Shown here: positions 1-8,652 of the stretch, piece by piece | Layout of the letters: every line of letters starts with the position of its first letter | How positions within the stretch are numbered: position 1 is the first letter of the stretch | Assembly (NCBI GenBank): GCA_009698815.1 | Contig: WLPJ01000006.1 | Location: 55,081-119,080, forward strand | Direction of reading: 5' to 3' | From: Actinomycetota bacterium | Lineage (GTDB): Bacteria; Actinomycetota; Actinomycetes; Nanopelagicales; Nanopelagicaceae | Length of the DNA: 64,000 nt | Made by a program: the position numbers and the translations under genes | Notes under the pieces: generated by a model | Told to the model about the DNA's origin: nothing | Database searches by the model: none | The model's input: the letters and a program-made list of their open reading frames with translations, nothing else

Positions 1-1
1 A

Positions 2-340
2 ATAGTTATCTACGATGGTCAATGTCAGTTATGCAAAAATTCCATTTCATGGGTTTCTAAGAAACTTGAGATTAGTGCTATTGATTTTCACACTGCAGAT
101 CTTGCGCAATTTGGATTAAGTGCAGAACAATGCTCACGTGAAGTCTTTGTAATCACCGAGCAGCACCGTTTTAGCGGCGCTCAAGCGGCAGCCTTCCTGC
201 TAATTCGTAGGGGTAACAGAGTTCTGTCAGTGCTAATCACCCTTTCGGGCCCGCTGGGACGCGTTGTCTATCGTTGGATTGCTAGCCACCGAAACTCATG
301 GCCGGTAAAAATTCTCTCGCGACTTCTTAAACCTAGATAA
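2..340 (+). CDS. DCC1-like thiol-disulfide oxidoreductase family protein (DUF393), 5'-truncated by the window edge
   Basis: Translated by hand (absent from the ORF track): IVIYDGQCQLCKNSISWV...YRWIASHR, stop TAA 338-340. The YDGxCxLC motif is typical of DUF393. Confidence 0.8.
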   Translation: MVIYDGQCQLCKNSISWVSKKLEISAIDFHTADLAQFGLSAEQCSREVFVITEQHRFSGAQAAAFLLIRRGNRVLSVLITLSGPLGRVVYRWIASHRNSWPVKILSRLLKPR

Positions 341-1805
341 TTCCTTGCTCTAAACCTTTTAGTACCTCTTGCGCGCGCACCTTTAACTCGGGCAGATCAC
401 TCAAGCGATTTAGCCCAAATACTTGTTGGCTCATTCGATGATTTTTAGCAAATGTTTCTCTATGGCGATCTAGAAAATCCCAGTACAAAGTTGTAAAAGG
501 ACAAGCATCTGCGCCAACGCGCAGCTTGGGGTTGTAGGCACAAGGTTTGCAATAGTCAGACATCCGCGAGATGTAGGCACCACCTGCGGCATATGGTTTA
601 GTCATCATCGCTCCACCGTCGGCGTGAACACCCATGCCAATAACATTTGGAACCATTACCCATTCCGTGGCATCGATAAATACTTCGCGCATCCAATCTA
701 GAAATTCTTGCGGATTGGTGCCAGTTACTAAAGCCAAATTAGAGAGCACCATTAACCGGGGGATGTGATGCACCCAAGCCCGGTTTTGGATATCTGTTCC
801 TATCTCTTTCATGCAATTCATCTTGGTGGCGCCAGGATCTGAAAATAACGGAAACAGTTTGCGGTTGGCACCTAATTGATTATTGCTTCGATACTCAGGT
901 CCCAGAAACCAATACATTCCGTTTACATATTCACGCCAACCAATTACCTGACGGACAAATCCTTCGGCAGATTCAATTGGAATTTTGCCGGTTTCAAATG
1001 CCTTCATTGCCGCATCAATTACCTCACTAGGATGCAAAAGACCATTGTTTAAATAGGGAGAAAGCAGTGAATGGTGCAGCGCCCAGTTCTGGGTTGTCAT
1101 GGCATCTTCTAGTGGCCCAAACTCGGCAAAATGGTTATCAATAAAATTCTTCAACTGCGCAAGTGCGCCTTTGCGCGTTGTTGCCCAAGTATTAGTGGGA
1201 ACGTGCGAGAGCTCATTTGCTACTTCTTTATCAATCTCATCTCGCTTATGTTCCAGGTATGCCGGGCCTTCATATTTTTTCGGCGGTGGCACACGATTTT
1301 CTTTATCAAAGTTCCAAGACCCACCTATTGGATCTTTTCCGGCCATCAATACATTTAGGCGCAGCCGTTGTTTTCGATAGAAATTTTCCATGAGATAAGA
1401 TTTTTGCTCATCTGCCCAAAGTTTAAAGAGAGAGCGAGAAGTTAGAAAGAAATCATTTTCAACGAAAGTCACCTTATGTTTTTTAAGTGACTCATATTGG
1501 CGAAAGGAACTTGGCTCTGCGCAAACGATCGGCAGCGCCCCGTGCTTCTTGGTGATTTCCTTTAGCCCATCAATTGTTGTGGCAGCTTTTAGGTATTCAA
1601 CTTTAAAGCCTTCGTCTTCTAGCGACTTCGCAAAATGGCGGGCGCTAGAAATTAGAAAGAACAACCGCTCCTTGTGCCAGTTGCGCCCAGTGGTCATGCG
1701 CGCACTTTCCACAAATACAATCAGATCTGATTTGGGATCAGCGCCCTTAAGTGCACCGTGCTTGCGATGTAGGTGATCAAAGGGGATATAAATAACGTGC
1801 TTCAT
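333..1805 (-). CDS. Fe-S bacterial cryptochrome/photolyase (FeS-BCP, CryB/PhrB-like)
   Basis: N-terminal DPRP-like region (IPFDHL...WHKERL). Four Cys in NCMKE and YCKPC...ACPF match the Fe-S ligands of the class; HHIPRLMV and [15 protein letters not shown] motifs present. Confidence 0.9.
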   Translation of the reverse strand: MKHVIYIPFDHLHRKHGALKGADPKSDLIVFVESARMTTGRNWHKERLFFLISSARHFAKSLEDEGFKVEYLKAATTIDGLKEITKKHGALPIVCAEPSSFRQYESLKKHKVTFVENDFFLTSRSLFKLWADEQKSYLMENFYRKQRLRLNVLMAGKDPIGGSWNFDKENRVPPPKKYEGPAYLEHKRDEIDKEVANELSHVPTNTWATTRKGALAQLKNFIDNHFAEFGPLEDAMTTQNWALHHSLLSPYLNNGLLHPSEVIDAAMKAFETGKIPIESAEGFVRQVIGWREYVNGMYWFLGPEYRSNNQLGANRKLFPLFSDPGATKMNCMKEIGTDIQNRAWVHHIPRLMVLSNLALVTGTNPQEFLDWMREVFIDATEWVMVPNVIGMGVHADGGAMMTKPYAAGGAYISRMSDYCKPCAYNPKLRVGADACPFTTLYWDFLDRHRETFAKNHRMSQQVFGLNRLSDLPELKVRAQEVLKGLEQGII

Positions 1806-1945
1806 TTATTCTCACGGCACCGATCACTGCAGTACTTCACATCTGCCCAATTCTTGGCCCACTTCTTACGCCATTCAAATTCCAGGCCACAGCGCAAACA
1901 GACTTTTGGAACAAAACCATTCTTGACCTTTGCTACCCGCGACAT
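1802..1945 (-). CDS. DUF2256 family small Cys-rich protein
   Basis: [31 protein letters not shown]. Start reassigned to ATG 1945, 6 nt after a TACCAT -10 (leaderless). Overlaps the photolyase start. Confidence 0.85.
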   Translation of the reverse strand: MSRVAKVKNGFVPKVCLRCGLEFEWRKKWAKNWADVKYCSDRCRENK

Positions 1946-2084
1946 TGAGCAATGGTAATCCAACACCGAGCGTGCGCCAGTCGAGTATTTAAAGATTTCC
2001 AATCGAGCCCTTTTATAACTCTCATAACAGGTCTACCTTGACTAAACGAAGAAATATTCACTGCTATTTACGAGGGAGCACAAG

Positions 2085-2456
2085 TTGAGCAAAGATTTGG
2101 ATGAAGTAACAGCTCTGATTAATCTATATATCGAAGGTGCCGGTAAAGGTAATGCGGAAAAATTAAATAAAGCTTTCCATACAAGCGCGAGATGGTTTGG
2201 CACTATGGGTGGAACTGACTACGACATGGATAAAACTGGCTTTGTCGAGTTAATGGTTGGCTCACCGGGCGATGCCGGACAACTCGTAGCAAAGATAACT
2301 GATATTCAAATCGATGGAACCGCGGCAACGGCAACTGTTAAGGAGGAAGGTTTCTGGGGTACCCTTTCATTCACTGATTACTTCACATTATCTGTCCTTG
2401 ACGGTCGCTGGCAGATAACTTGCAAGACATTCGCACACACTGGAGGAGAGCACTAG
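2085..2456 (+). CDS. NTF2/SnoaL-like (putative lumazine-binding) protein
   Basis: YIEGAGKGNAEKLNKAFH...FTDYFTLSVLDGRWQITCKTF pattern; GAGGGAG RBS before the TTG start. Confidence 0.75.
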   Translation: MSKDLDEVTALINLYIEGAGKGNAEKLNKAFHTSARWFGTMGGTDYDMDKTGFVELMVGSPGDAGQLVAKITDIQIDGTAATATVKEEGFWGTLSFTDYFTLSVLDGRWQITCKTFAHTGGEH

Positions 2457-3187
2457 TGCCTAAGAAGAACATTGCACTTGTTACTGGAGCTGGCGGCGGC
2501 ATCGGTGCTGGAATCGCTAAGACTTTAGCCGGTGATGGATTCACGGTGATCTGCGTTGATAAAGATGCAAATAAAGTAGAGCAGATATCTAAATCAATCC
2601 CCGGATCACATTGGTTTGCACTAGATGTGACGAAGGAGAGCGAGATAGTTGCGCTGCGAGATTCGCTAGCGAAAAGTATTGGTAACCCAACGCACCTAGT
2701 TAACTCAGCGGGCATTTTCTTTGAGCACAACCTTCTTACCTTCACAGAAGAAGAATTTGATTTGATGATGAATGTAAATATCAAGGGAATGTTCTTTATG
2801 TGTAAAGCATTTATCCCAGCGATGGTCACAACCGGCAAAGGAAATGTAATAAATATTGCATCAACTGCTGGATTACGTGGTGGTCGCAATAGACCTATTT
2901 ATTCCGCATCAAAAGGTGCCGTAGTCTTGTTTACTCGTTCTATCGCAATTGATTTTGGCCCGAAAGGTGTTCGTGCAAATACCGTGGCACCTGGCCTAAT
3001 CGATACGCCTATGGCCTCTTGGTTAAGCGATGATAAGGAAGCGCTAGCCAAATGGGAGAAAACCATTGCTGCCCAAAGAATTGGTACACCCGATGATATT
3101 GGCAAGGCAGTTAGCTACCTAGCATCCGATGCTTCATCCTTTGTCTTTGGTGAAACCCTAGTAGTCGATGGCGGGGGAATGGCGTAA
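2456..3187 (+). CDS. SDR family oxidoreductase
   Basis: TGAGGGIG, NSAG, YSASKG, VAPG motifs. Likely GTG start at 2456 overlapping the upstream stop. Confidence 0.9.
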   Translation: MPKKNIALVTGAGGGIGAGIAKTLAGDGFTVICVDKDANKVEQISKSIPGSHWFALDVTKESEIVALRDSLAKSIGNPTHLVNSAGIFFEHNLLTFTEEEFDLMMNVNIKGMFFMCKAFIPAMVTTGKGNVINIASTAGLRGGRNRPIYSASKGAVVLFTRSIAIDFGPKGVRANTVAPGLIDTPMASWLSDDKEALAKWEKTIAAQRIGTPDDIGKAVSYLASDASSFVFGETLVVDGGGMA

Positions 3188-3286
3188 CAAAGGCGCCATT
3201 TGCGGTTCAGCGATAACTTTCAAGGAACCTTTTCTCTCTGGGTCCTATAAGATTTGGGCTTATCCAATACAGAAAAGAGAGATGTC

Positions 3287-3436
3287 ATGGGCGCTTGCGT
3301 TTGCACTTACACCAGAGATGAAGAGAAGAACTGCGATGGAACACATAAGGTCGTTAAGGCTGTAAAGGCTGAATTGGCCGAAAAGCTTGAAGCCAATGGT
3401 TTTCCACACGCTTCCGAATACGTAAAGAACAACTAA
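3287..3436 (+). CDS. CDGSH-type iron-sulfur domain protein
   Basis: CVCTYTRDEEKNCDGTH resembles the CDGSH motif; ATG 3287 follows an AGAGAG RBS-like stretch. Confidence 0.65.
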   Translation: MGACVCTYTRDEEKNCDGTHKVVKAVKAELAEKLEANGFPHASEYVKNN

Positions 3437-3506
3437 GCCCTTTCTCGCATTTAGCGCCAGATTTCGGCGCCCTCGCCCGCCGCTGCGCGCTCAAAAGGTG
3501 TGACTC

Positions 3507-3573
3507 AGGCGACACGCCAAAGGAATAAGTGCCGCATAGGTTATTGCTTTCTGCCTGATTCACCCTTTAGTAT
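3507..3573 (+). promoter_or_regulatory. Promoter of the PTS operon with upstream AGGCGACACGCC box
   Basis: AGGCGACACGCC 3507-3518, TTGCTT 3544-3549, 18-nt spacer, TAGTAT 3568-3573; same geometry as 57528-57594. Confidence 0.55.
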
Positions 3574-3641
3574 TTGCAAAACGGGCAATATCGGGCATTC
3601 CTCCCTGATATCCCACGATGCTTGCTCGGGGGGATCCTTAA

Positions 3642-4400
3642 TTGTTGACTGAAGAACGTCGCCTGGCGATCGTCGAATTGGCTCAGAAAGATGGCCGCGT
3701 CGATGTCGTTAACGCCGCCAACGCGTTTTCTGTAGCCGTTGAAACCATTCGGCGGGATTTGGATGTTTTGCAACGGCGCGGGTTGATGCGCCGGGTTCAT
3801 GGTGGGGCGATCGCCTTAGACCGTTTCTCACGAGAATATTCAGTAGCAGAGCGGCGCTCGCTTAATAACGAAGTTAAACAAAAGATCGCAGCAGTGGCAG
3901 TTCAATATTTGCCGCTATCTGGAACCATCTTTGTCGATGCCGGCACCACTACAGAATTTTTATTTCCATTTTTACGCGATAAGAAAGAGCTTACCGTTGT
4001 CACCAATAGCTTGCTTTTGGCAACCGATATCGGTGATTCAACAACGAATGTAATTTTACTAAGTGGCCGTATTCGCCCAATTACTCTAAGCGCGGTGGGA
4101 GATTTAGCCCTAAATGCGATGGAGAATTTTCATGCCGATATCGCATTCCTTGGTACAAATGGGGTCGATATAAATATTGGTTTCACAACTCCCGATTCTG
4201 ATGAATCTGCCGTGAAACGCAAAATGATCGCTCACGCTCGCGAAACCATAGTGATGGTCGATAGCAGCAAATTTGGAAAATCTTTTGCAACTCGATTTGC
4301 GAAATTGAATGAAATTGATCGTGTTGTTACCGATATAGGGGCTGATAACGCTGCAGTTCAAGAGATGGAAAAAGCAGGGATTGAAGTGGTGCTGGCATGA
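3642..4400 (+). CDS. DeoR/GlpR family transcriptional regulator
   Basis: VAVETIRRDLDVL...RRVHGGA HTH; DAGTTT and DSSKFG sensor-domain motifs. Confidence 0.92.
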   Translation: MLTEERRLAIVELAQKDGRVDVVNAANAFSVAVETIRRDLDVLQRRGLMRRVHGGAIALDRFSREYSVAERRSLNNEVKQKIAAVAVQYLPLSGTIFVDAGTTTEFLFPFLRDKKELTVVTNSLLLATDIGDSTTNVILLSGRIRPITLSAVGDLALNAMENFHADIAFLGTNGVDINIGFTTPDSDESAVKRKMIAHARETIVMVDSSKFGKSFATRFAKLNEIDRVVTDIGADNAAVQEMEKAGIEVVLA

Positions 4401-5344
4401 TCACTACTTTGACTCCCAGCCCATCAATTGATTTTGATTATGGACTTTCAACTTTGAAGTTAGGTGGAGTCAATCGCGCGCTTAGTTTTGGGCTACACGC
4501 AGGCGGTAAAGGTGTAAATGTTTCAAGAGTTTTAACTTTGATGAAAGTTAATAACATTGCCCTTGTTCCTATGGCGAAAGTAAATGGTGATTTTTTCTTA
4601 AATGCAGCAGAGTCAGAGAATTTACGTTTAGAGATATTGCCCATCGGGTCACCTCTTCGTTTCAACGTCTCTTTAGTGCACGAGGGGTTAACTACAAAAG
4701 TCAATGCAGAATCTTCTTCGTGGACTTCGACTGAAGCAAAGAGAATTGCTGGGCGTTTTAAATTGCGAGCCCGCCGCAGCGAATTTGGAGTCATTGGTGG
4801 TTCGCTGCCCGCAGGACTTGATCCAGCATGGCTTGCCAAACTTGTTTCTGACAATGTAAATCGTACTAAGGTCGTAGTCGATTGCAGTGGCGACGTATTG
4901 CGCGCTGCAGTTGCTGCCAAACCATTCTTAATCAAGCCAAATCAAGAAGAAGCTGAGAATTTAATTGGTTCTGCAATTTCGACTATGGCAGATGCAGTAA
5001 GCGCTTGTTTTGAGATGGTTGGAATGGGTGCTCAAAATGTACTTCTATCCCTGGGAGAAAAAGGAAGTCTGTTTTGGAACGGTGAAGATTTATTCCGTGC
5101 CAACGCTGAAAAAATAAATGCAACAAATACCGTTGGAGCAGGCGACGCGTTACTCGCTGGATTTATTGGCAGCTTTAAAAGTGGTCCAGTTAAAGCCCTT
5201 GCAACTGGAGTTGCCTGGTCGGCTGCTGCGATTAAATCGCGCGGAACCGGAATTACAACTGCGCCAAACGAAATTTCATTGCAACTTATTTCACAGATAA
5301 ATCCAAAGGAGGCGTCCCTTGGTCAAGATCTACTTCACAGCTGA
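4397..5344 (+). CDS. 1-phosphofructokinase family hexose kinase (PfkB family)
   Basis: GGKGVNVSRVL, GGSLP, IKPNQEEA, SLGEKG, NTVGAGDALLAG. Confidence 0.9.
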   Translation: MITTLTPSPSIDFDYGLSTLKLGGVNRALSFGLHAGGKGVNVSRVLTLMKVNNIALVPMAKVNGDFFLNAAESENLRLEILPIGSPLRFNVSLVHEGLTTKVNAESSSWTSTEAKRIAGRFKLRARRSEFGVIGGSLPAGLDPAWLAKLVSDNVNRTKVVVDCSGDVLRAAVAAKPFLIKPNQEEAENLIGSAISTMADAVSACFEMVGMGAQNVLLSLGEKGSLFWNGEDLFRANAEKINATNTVGAGDALLAGFIGSFKSGPVKALATGVAWSAAAIKSRGTGITTAPNEISLQLISQINPKEASLGQDLLHS

Positions 5345-5386
5345 CGCCACTAAGAATTCAGTTCGGCATACCCCTGCTGTTCTGAT

Positions 5387-5421
5387 TGCCAGAACTCGTC
5401 TGGCATCTCTTGTACAAGAGG
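5387..5421 (+). promoter_or_regulatory. Two abutting inverted repeats in front of the IIC ribosome-binding site
   Basis: TGCCAGA-ACTCG-TCTGGCA (5387-5405) followed directly by the perfect 16-bp palindrome TCTCTTGTACAAGAGA (5406-5421), which overlaps the GAGAGGG RBS. Confidence 0.5.
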
Positions 5422-5434
5422 AGGGCTATAAAGC

Positions 5435-6535
5435 ATGACCAATTACATAGGAAGCGCAGATTCCCATTCGGGTTGGCGCTCACAGCTACAAAAGATCGGT
5501 GGAAACCTCGCAGGAATGGTGATTCCAAACATTGGAGCATTCATCGCTTGGGGACTTCTAACCGCTCTCTTTATTCCAACAGGGTGGATTCCTAATGAGG
5601 AGTACGCCAAGATGGTTGGACCAATGATCGTTAACTTGTTACCAATTCTTATTGGTCTAACAGGTGGTCGAATGGTTCATGGGCAACGTGGTGCCGTTAT
5701 TGGTGCGGTTGCAACTGTTGGCGTTATCTGCGGTACTGATATCCCAATGTTCCTTGGTGCAATGATTATTGGACCAGCAGCAGCTTGGGTATTGAAGAAG
5801 ATCGATGCAGTTCTAGATCCAAAGGTTCCAGTCGGCTTTGAAATGCTTATTAGCAACTTCAGCCTTGGTATCACAGGTCTTGGAATGGCAATGGTTGGCT
5901 TCAAGGCAATCGGACCGGTTGTAAAGAGCATAAGCACTGTACTCGGAAACGGTATTCAGTCACTTGTTGACAACAATCTGCTTCCTATTGCATCAGTCAT
6001 TATTGAACCTGCCAAGGTTCTCTTTCTCAACAACGCCATTAACCATGGTGTGCTCGGACCACTAGGTGTTACACAAGCAAAGGAAACTGGAAAGTCAGTT
6101 CTATTCATGCTTGAAACAAACCCAGGTCCTGGCCTCGGTGTATTGCTTGCATTCTGGTTGGTTGGACCACGTATCGTGCGCGGTTCAGTCCCTGGCGCAA
6201 TCATCATCCACTTCTTTGGTGGAATTCATGAAATTTATTTCCCTTACATTCTCATGAAGCCACGCTTGATCCTCGCAGCTATTGCTGGTGGAGCAGCTGG
6301 CGTTGCAATGAACGTTCTGCTTGATAACGGTCTAACTGCAACACCATCTCCAGGATCAATCTTCGCTTATATGGTTGTTACTCCTAAGGGTGACACCTTC
6401 AAAGTACTACTTGCGATCGCAGTATCTGCGGCCGTTGCATTTGCAGCTGCTTGGTTCTTGCTAAAGACCGATAGCTCAAATAATGACGATCTCGATTCAG
6501 CAAAATCTCGCAAAGATTCATTGAAGAACGGATAA
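5435..6535 (+). CDS. mtlA: PTS mannitol-family transporter subunit IIC
   Basis: MVIPNIGAFIAWG, PMFLGAMI, GFEMLISNFS, EPAKVLFLNNAINHG, FMLETNPGPG, HFFGGIHEIYFP. Confidence 0.92.
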   Translation: MTNYIGSADSHSGWRSQLQKIGGNLAGMVIPNIGAFIAWGLLTALFIPTGWIPNEEYAKMVGPMIVNLLPILIGLTGGRMVHGQRGAVIGAVATVGVICGTDIPMFLGAMIIGPAAAWVLKKIDAVLDPKVPVGFEMLISNFSLGITGLGMAMVGFKAIGPVVKSISTVLGNGIQSLVDNNLLPIASVIIEPAKVLFLNNAINHGVLGPLGVTQAKETGKSVLFMLETNPGPGLGVLLAFWLVGPRIVRGSVPGAIIIHFFGGIHEIYFPYILMKPRLILAAIAGGAAGVAMNVLLDNGLTATPSPGSIFAYMVVTPKGDTFKVLLAIAVSAAVAFAAAWFLLKTDSSNNDDLDSAKSRKDSLKNG

Positions 6536-6538
6536 CCA

Positions 6539-6853
6539 ATGCCAAGCATTTCCGGTTCTGATGTAAAGCTCGTTGTGATCGCTTGTGAAGCAGGAATGGG
6601 ATCTAGCGTGATGGTTGCAAATCAATTGGCTAAGCAGTTAAAGCCACTTGGTATCGCCGTCAAGCACTCACCTGTAAATCAACTTGAATCAATGGGCGCC
6701 GACCTGATCCTCTGCCACCGTGGGCTAGCGGGTAGGGCGCGGCAAGCTGTTCCAGATAAAGTCGTAATTGCATTCGACATGTTTCTGGGGGATCCAGCTA
6801 TTGCATCTGTTGTTAGTGCAATTCAAGGAGGCGGAACAATCTCACATGAGTAA
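6539..6853 (+). CDS. PTS mannitol-family subunit IIB
   Basis: VIACEAGMGSS phosphorylation loop with the catalytic Cys. Confidence 0.88.
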   Translation: MPSISGSDVKLVVIACEAGMGSSVMVANQLAKQLKPLGIAVKHSPVNQLESMGADLILCHRGLAGRARQAVPDKVVIAFDMFLGDPAIASVVSAIQGGGTISHE

Positions 6854-6870
6854 TTTCATGACAGGTTGCG

Positions 6871-7305
6871 ATGCCTAACCTTTTGACGCAAGCCGGAATC
6901 CACTTCGGTGCTACAGCCTCTTCGAAAAAGGAGGCTGTAGCGCTGTGTGGGGCACAATTTGTTGAATTGGGCGCTACTTCACAAGATTATGCCGACGCGA
7001 TGTGGGAGAGAGAACAGATCGCATCTTCATATTTAGGTAATGCCGTTGCAATGCCGCATGGCACAGACGAATCTAGAAAGTATGTAAATTTTGGTCAGAT
7101 TGTTTTTATCCGCTTTGCAACTCCATTTATCTGGGATGACGAGGAAGTCAAACTCTGTATTGGTATCGCCGCGCAAGGCGATGAGCATGTAGAAATTATC
7201 GGCAACTTAGCCGAGGCGCTTCTTGACGATGAGAAGTTTGAAATTTTGCTCAGTACAAAAGATAAATTGCAGGTTTTAGAGATTTTAAATCCAAGTAGTA
7301 TTTAG
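6871..7305 (+). CDS. PTS mannitol/fructose-family subunit IIA
   Basis: REQIASSYLGNAVAMPHG with the phospho-His; DEHVEII. Confidence 0.9.
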   Translation: MPNLLTQAGIHFGATASSKKEAVALCGAQFVELGATSQDYADAMWEREQIASSYLGNAVAMPHGTDESRKYVNFGQIVFIRFATPFIWDDEEVKLCIGIAAQGDEHVEIIGNLAEALLDDEKFEILLSTKDKLQVLEILNPSSI

Positions 7306-7342
7306 CCCATCTAGCTTTGAAGTAACGAAAGAGGAAATTGCC

Positions 7343-8383
7343 ATGAAAGCAGCGCTATATAGCGGCCCCCAAGATTTGAAAGTAGTCGATGTCCCAACGC
7401 CTAAAGAAGGCGCCAAGGAGATTTTGATTAGGGTCCGTAGCTGCGCCACTTGTGGCACGGATGCCAAGATCTACAACCATGGCCATCCACGCTTGAATCC
7501 ACCACAGATTATTGGCCACGAAATTGCAGGTGAAATAGTTTCTGTCGGTAGCAGTGTTAAGGGTTATGCCATTGGCGATCGCGTGCAGGTTATCGCTGCT
7601 ATTCCTTGTGGAACATGTTGGCTCTGCAGCGCGGGCCGAATGACCATTTGTGAAAACCAACTCTCAATGGGCTATCAATTTCCAGGTGGCTTCGCCGAAT
7701 TTATGATTATTCCTGATGAAGTTATCCGCGTTAATGGCGTAAATAAGATTCCAGCAAATGTTTCATACGACGAGGCAGCCGTTACTGAGCCGCTAGCTTG
7801 TGTATTAAATGCGCAACGGATTTTAAATATCCAAAAGGGTGACATCGTTTTGGTGATGGGAGCCGGACCAATCGGTTGCTTGCATGTTCGCGTGGCTCGC
7901 GCACTTGGCGCCTCTAAAGTATTTTTAGCAGATATCAATGGGGGTCGTTTGGAAATGTCGGCGAAGGTAGTTAAGCCAGATGCTTCCTTTGATATGTCGC
8001 AGGTGAAGTTAGAAGATGAAATTCTTAAAGTAACCGACGGACATGGCCCCCGCATCATTATTACTGCAGCCCCGGCCGCCAAGGCGCAAGAACAAGCGAT
8101 TTCTATGGTGGCACCTGGTGGAAAGGTTTCATTCTTTGGAGGACTGCCCAAGGATGCACCCTTTATAAATTGTGATGCCAATATCGTGCACTACAAAGAG
8201 GTAACACTCTTCGGCGCCAATGGATCAAGCCCGCAACAGAATTTAGATGCGCTAAATATGATCGCATCAGGTGAGGTAAAAGTCTTGGATTTAATTACTC
8301 ATAAAGTTAAACTTGATGATGTGCAAAGCGCCATAGATGCGGTACTAAGTGGAAATGCCATAAAAGTGGTTATCAATCCATGA
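7343..8383 (+). CDS. Zn-dependent medium-chain dehydrogenase (polyol/polyol-phosphate dehydrogenase-like)
   Basis: CATCGTD, GHEIAG, CGTCWLCSAGRMTIC structural Zn lobe, GAGPIG. Confidence 0.88.
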   Translation: MKAALYSGPQDLKVVDVPTPKEGAKEILIRVRSCATCGTDAKIYNHGHPRLNPPQIIGHEIAGEIVSVGSSVKGYAIGDRVQVIAAIPCGTCWLCSAGRMTICENQLSMGYQFPGGFAEFMIIPDEVIRVNGVNKIPANVSYDEAAVTEPLACVLNAQRILNIQKGDIVLVMGAGPIGCLHVRVARALGASKVFLADINGGRLEMSAKVVKPDASFDMSQVKLEDEILKVTDGHGPRIIITAAPAAKAQEQAISMVAPGGKVSFFGGLPKDAPFINCDANIVHYKEVTLFGANGSSPQQNLDALNMIASGEVKVLDLITHKVKLDDVQSAIDAVLSGNAIKVVINP

Positions 8384-8643
8384 TCATCAAAGAGTGCGTG
8401 ATCACGGTAAAGGTTGGCCTACATGCCCGCCCAGCAAATGAATTTTCGGCTATTGCAAAGGCAGCGCCATTTGAAATCACCGTTGGCAAGCCAGGCGCGC
8501 CATTAGTTAAAGCCAATAGCCCACTTCGCCTTTTAACTTTGAAGGCGCACGAAGGGGATACCTTAACAATCGCCTTTGCTACTGACGATGAGGGCGCTGC
8601 AAATGAGCTATTTGAAAAACTCGTAGCCACAATTAGCGAGTAG
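8380..8643 (+). CDS. ptsH: Phosphocarrier protein HPr
   Basis: GLHARPA (His15) and KANSPLRLL (Ser46 region). Confidence 0.9.
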   Translation: MIIKECVITVKVGLHARPANEFSAIAKAAPFEITVGKPGAPLVKANSPLRLLTLKAHEGDTLTIAFATDDEGAANELFEKLVATISE

Positions 8644-8652
8644 CGTCTGCAT

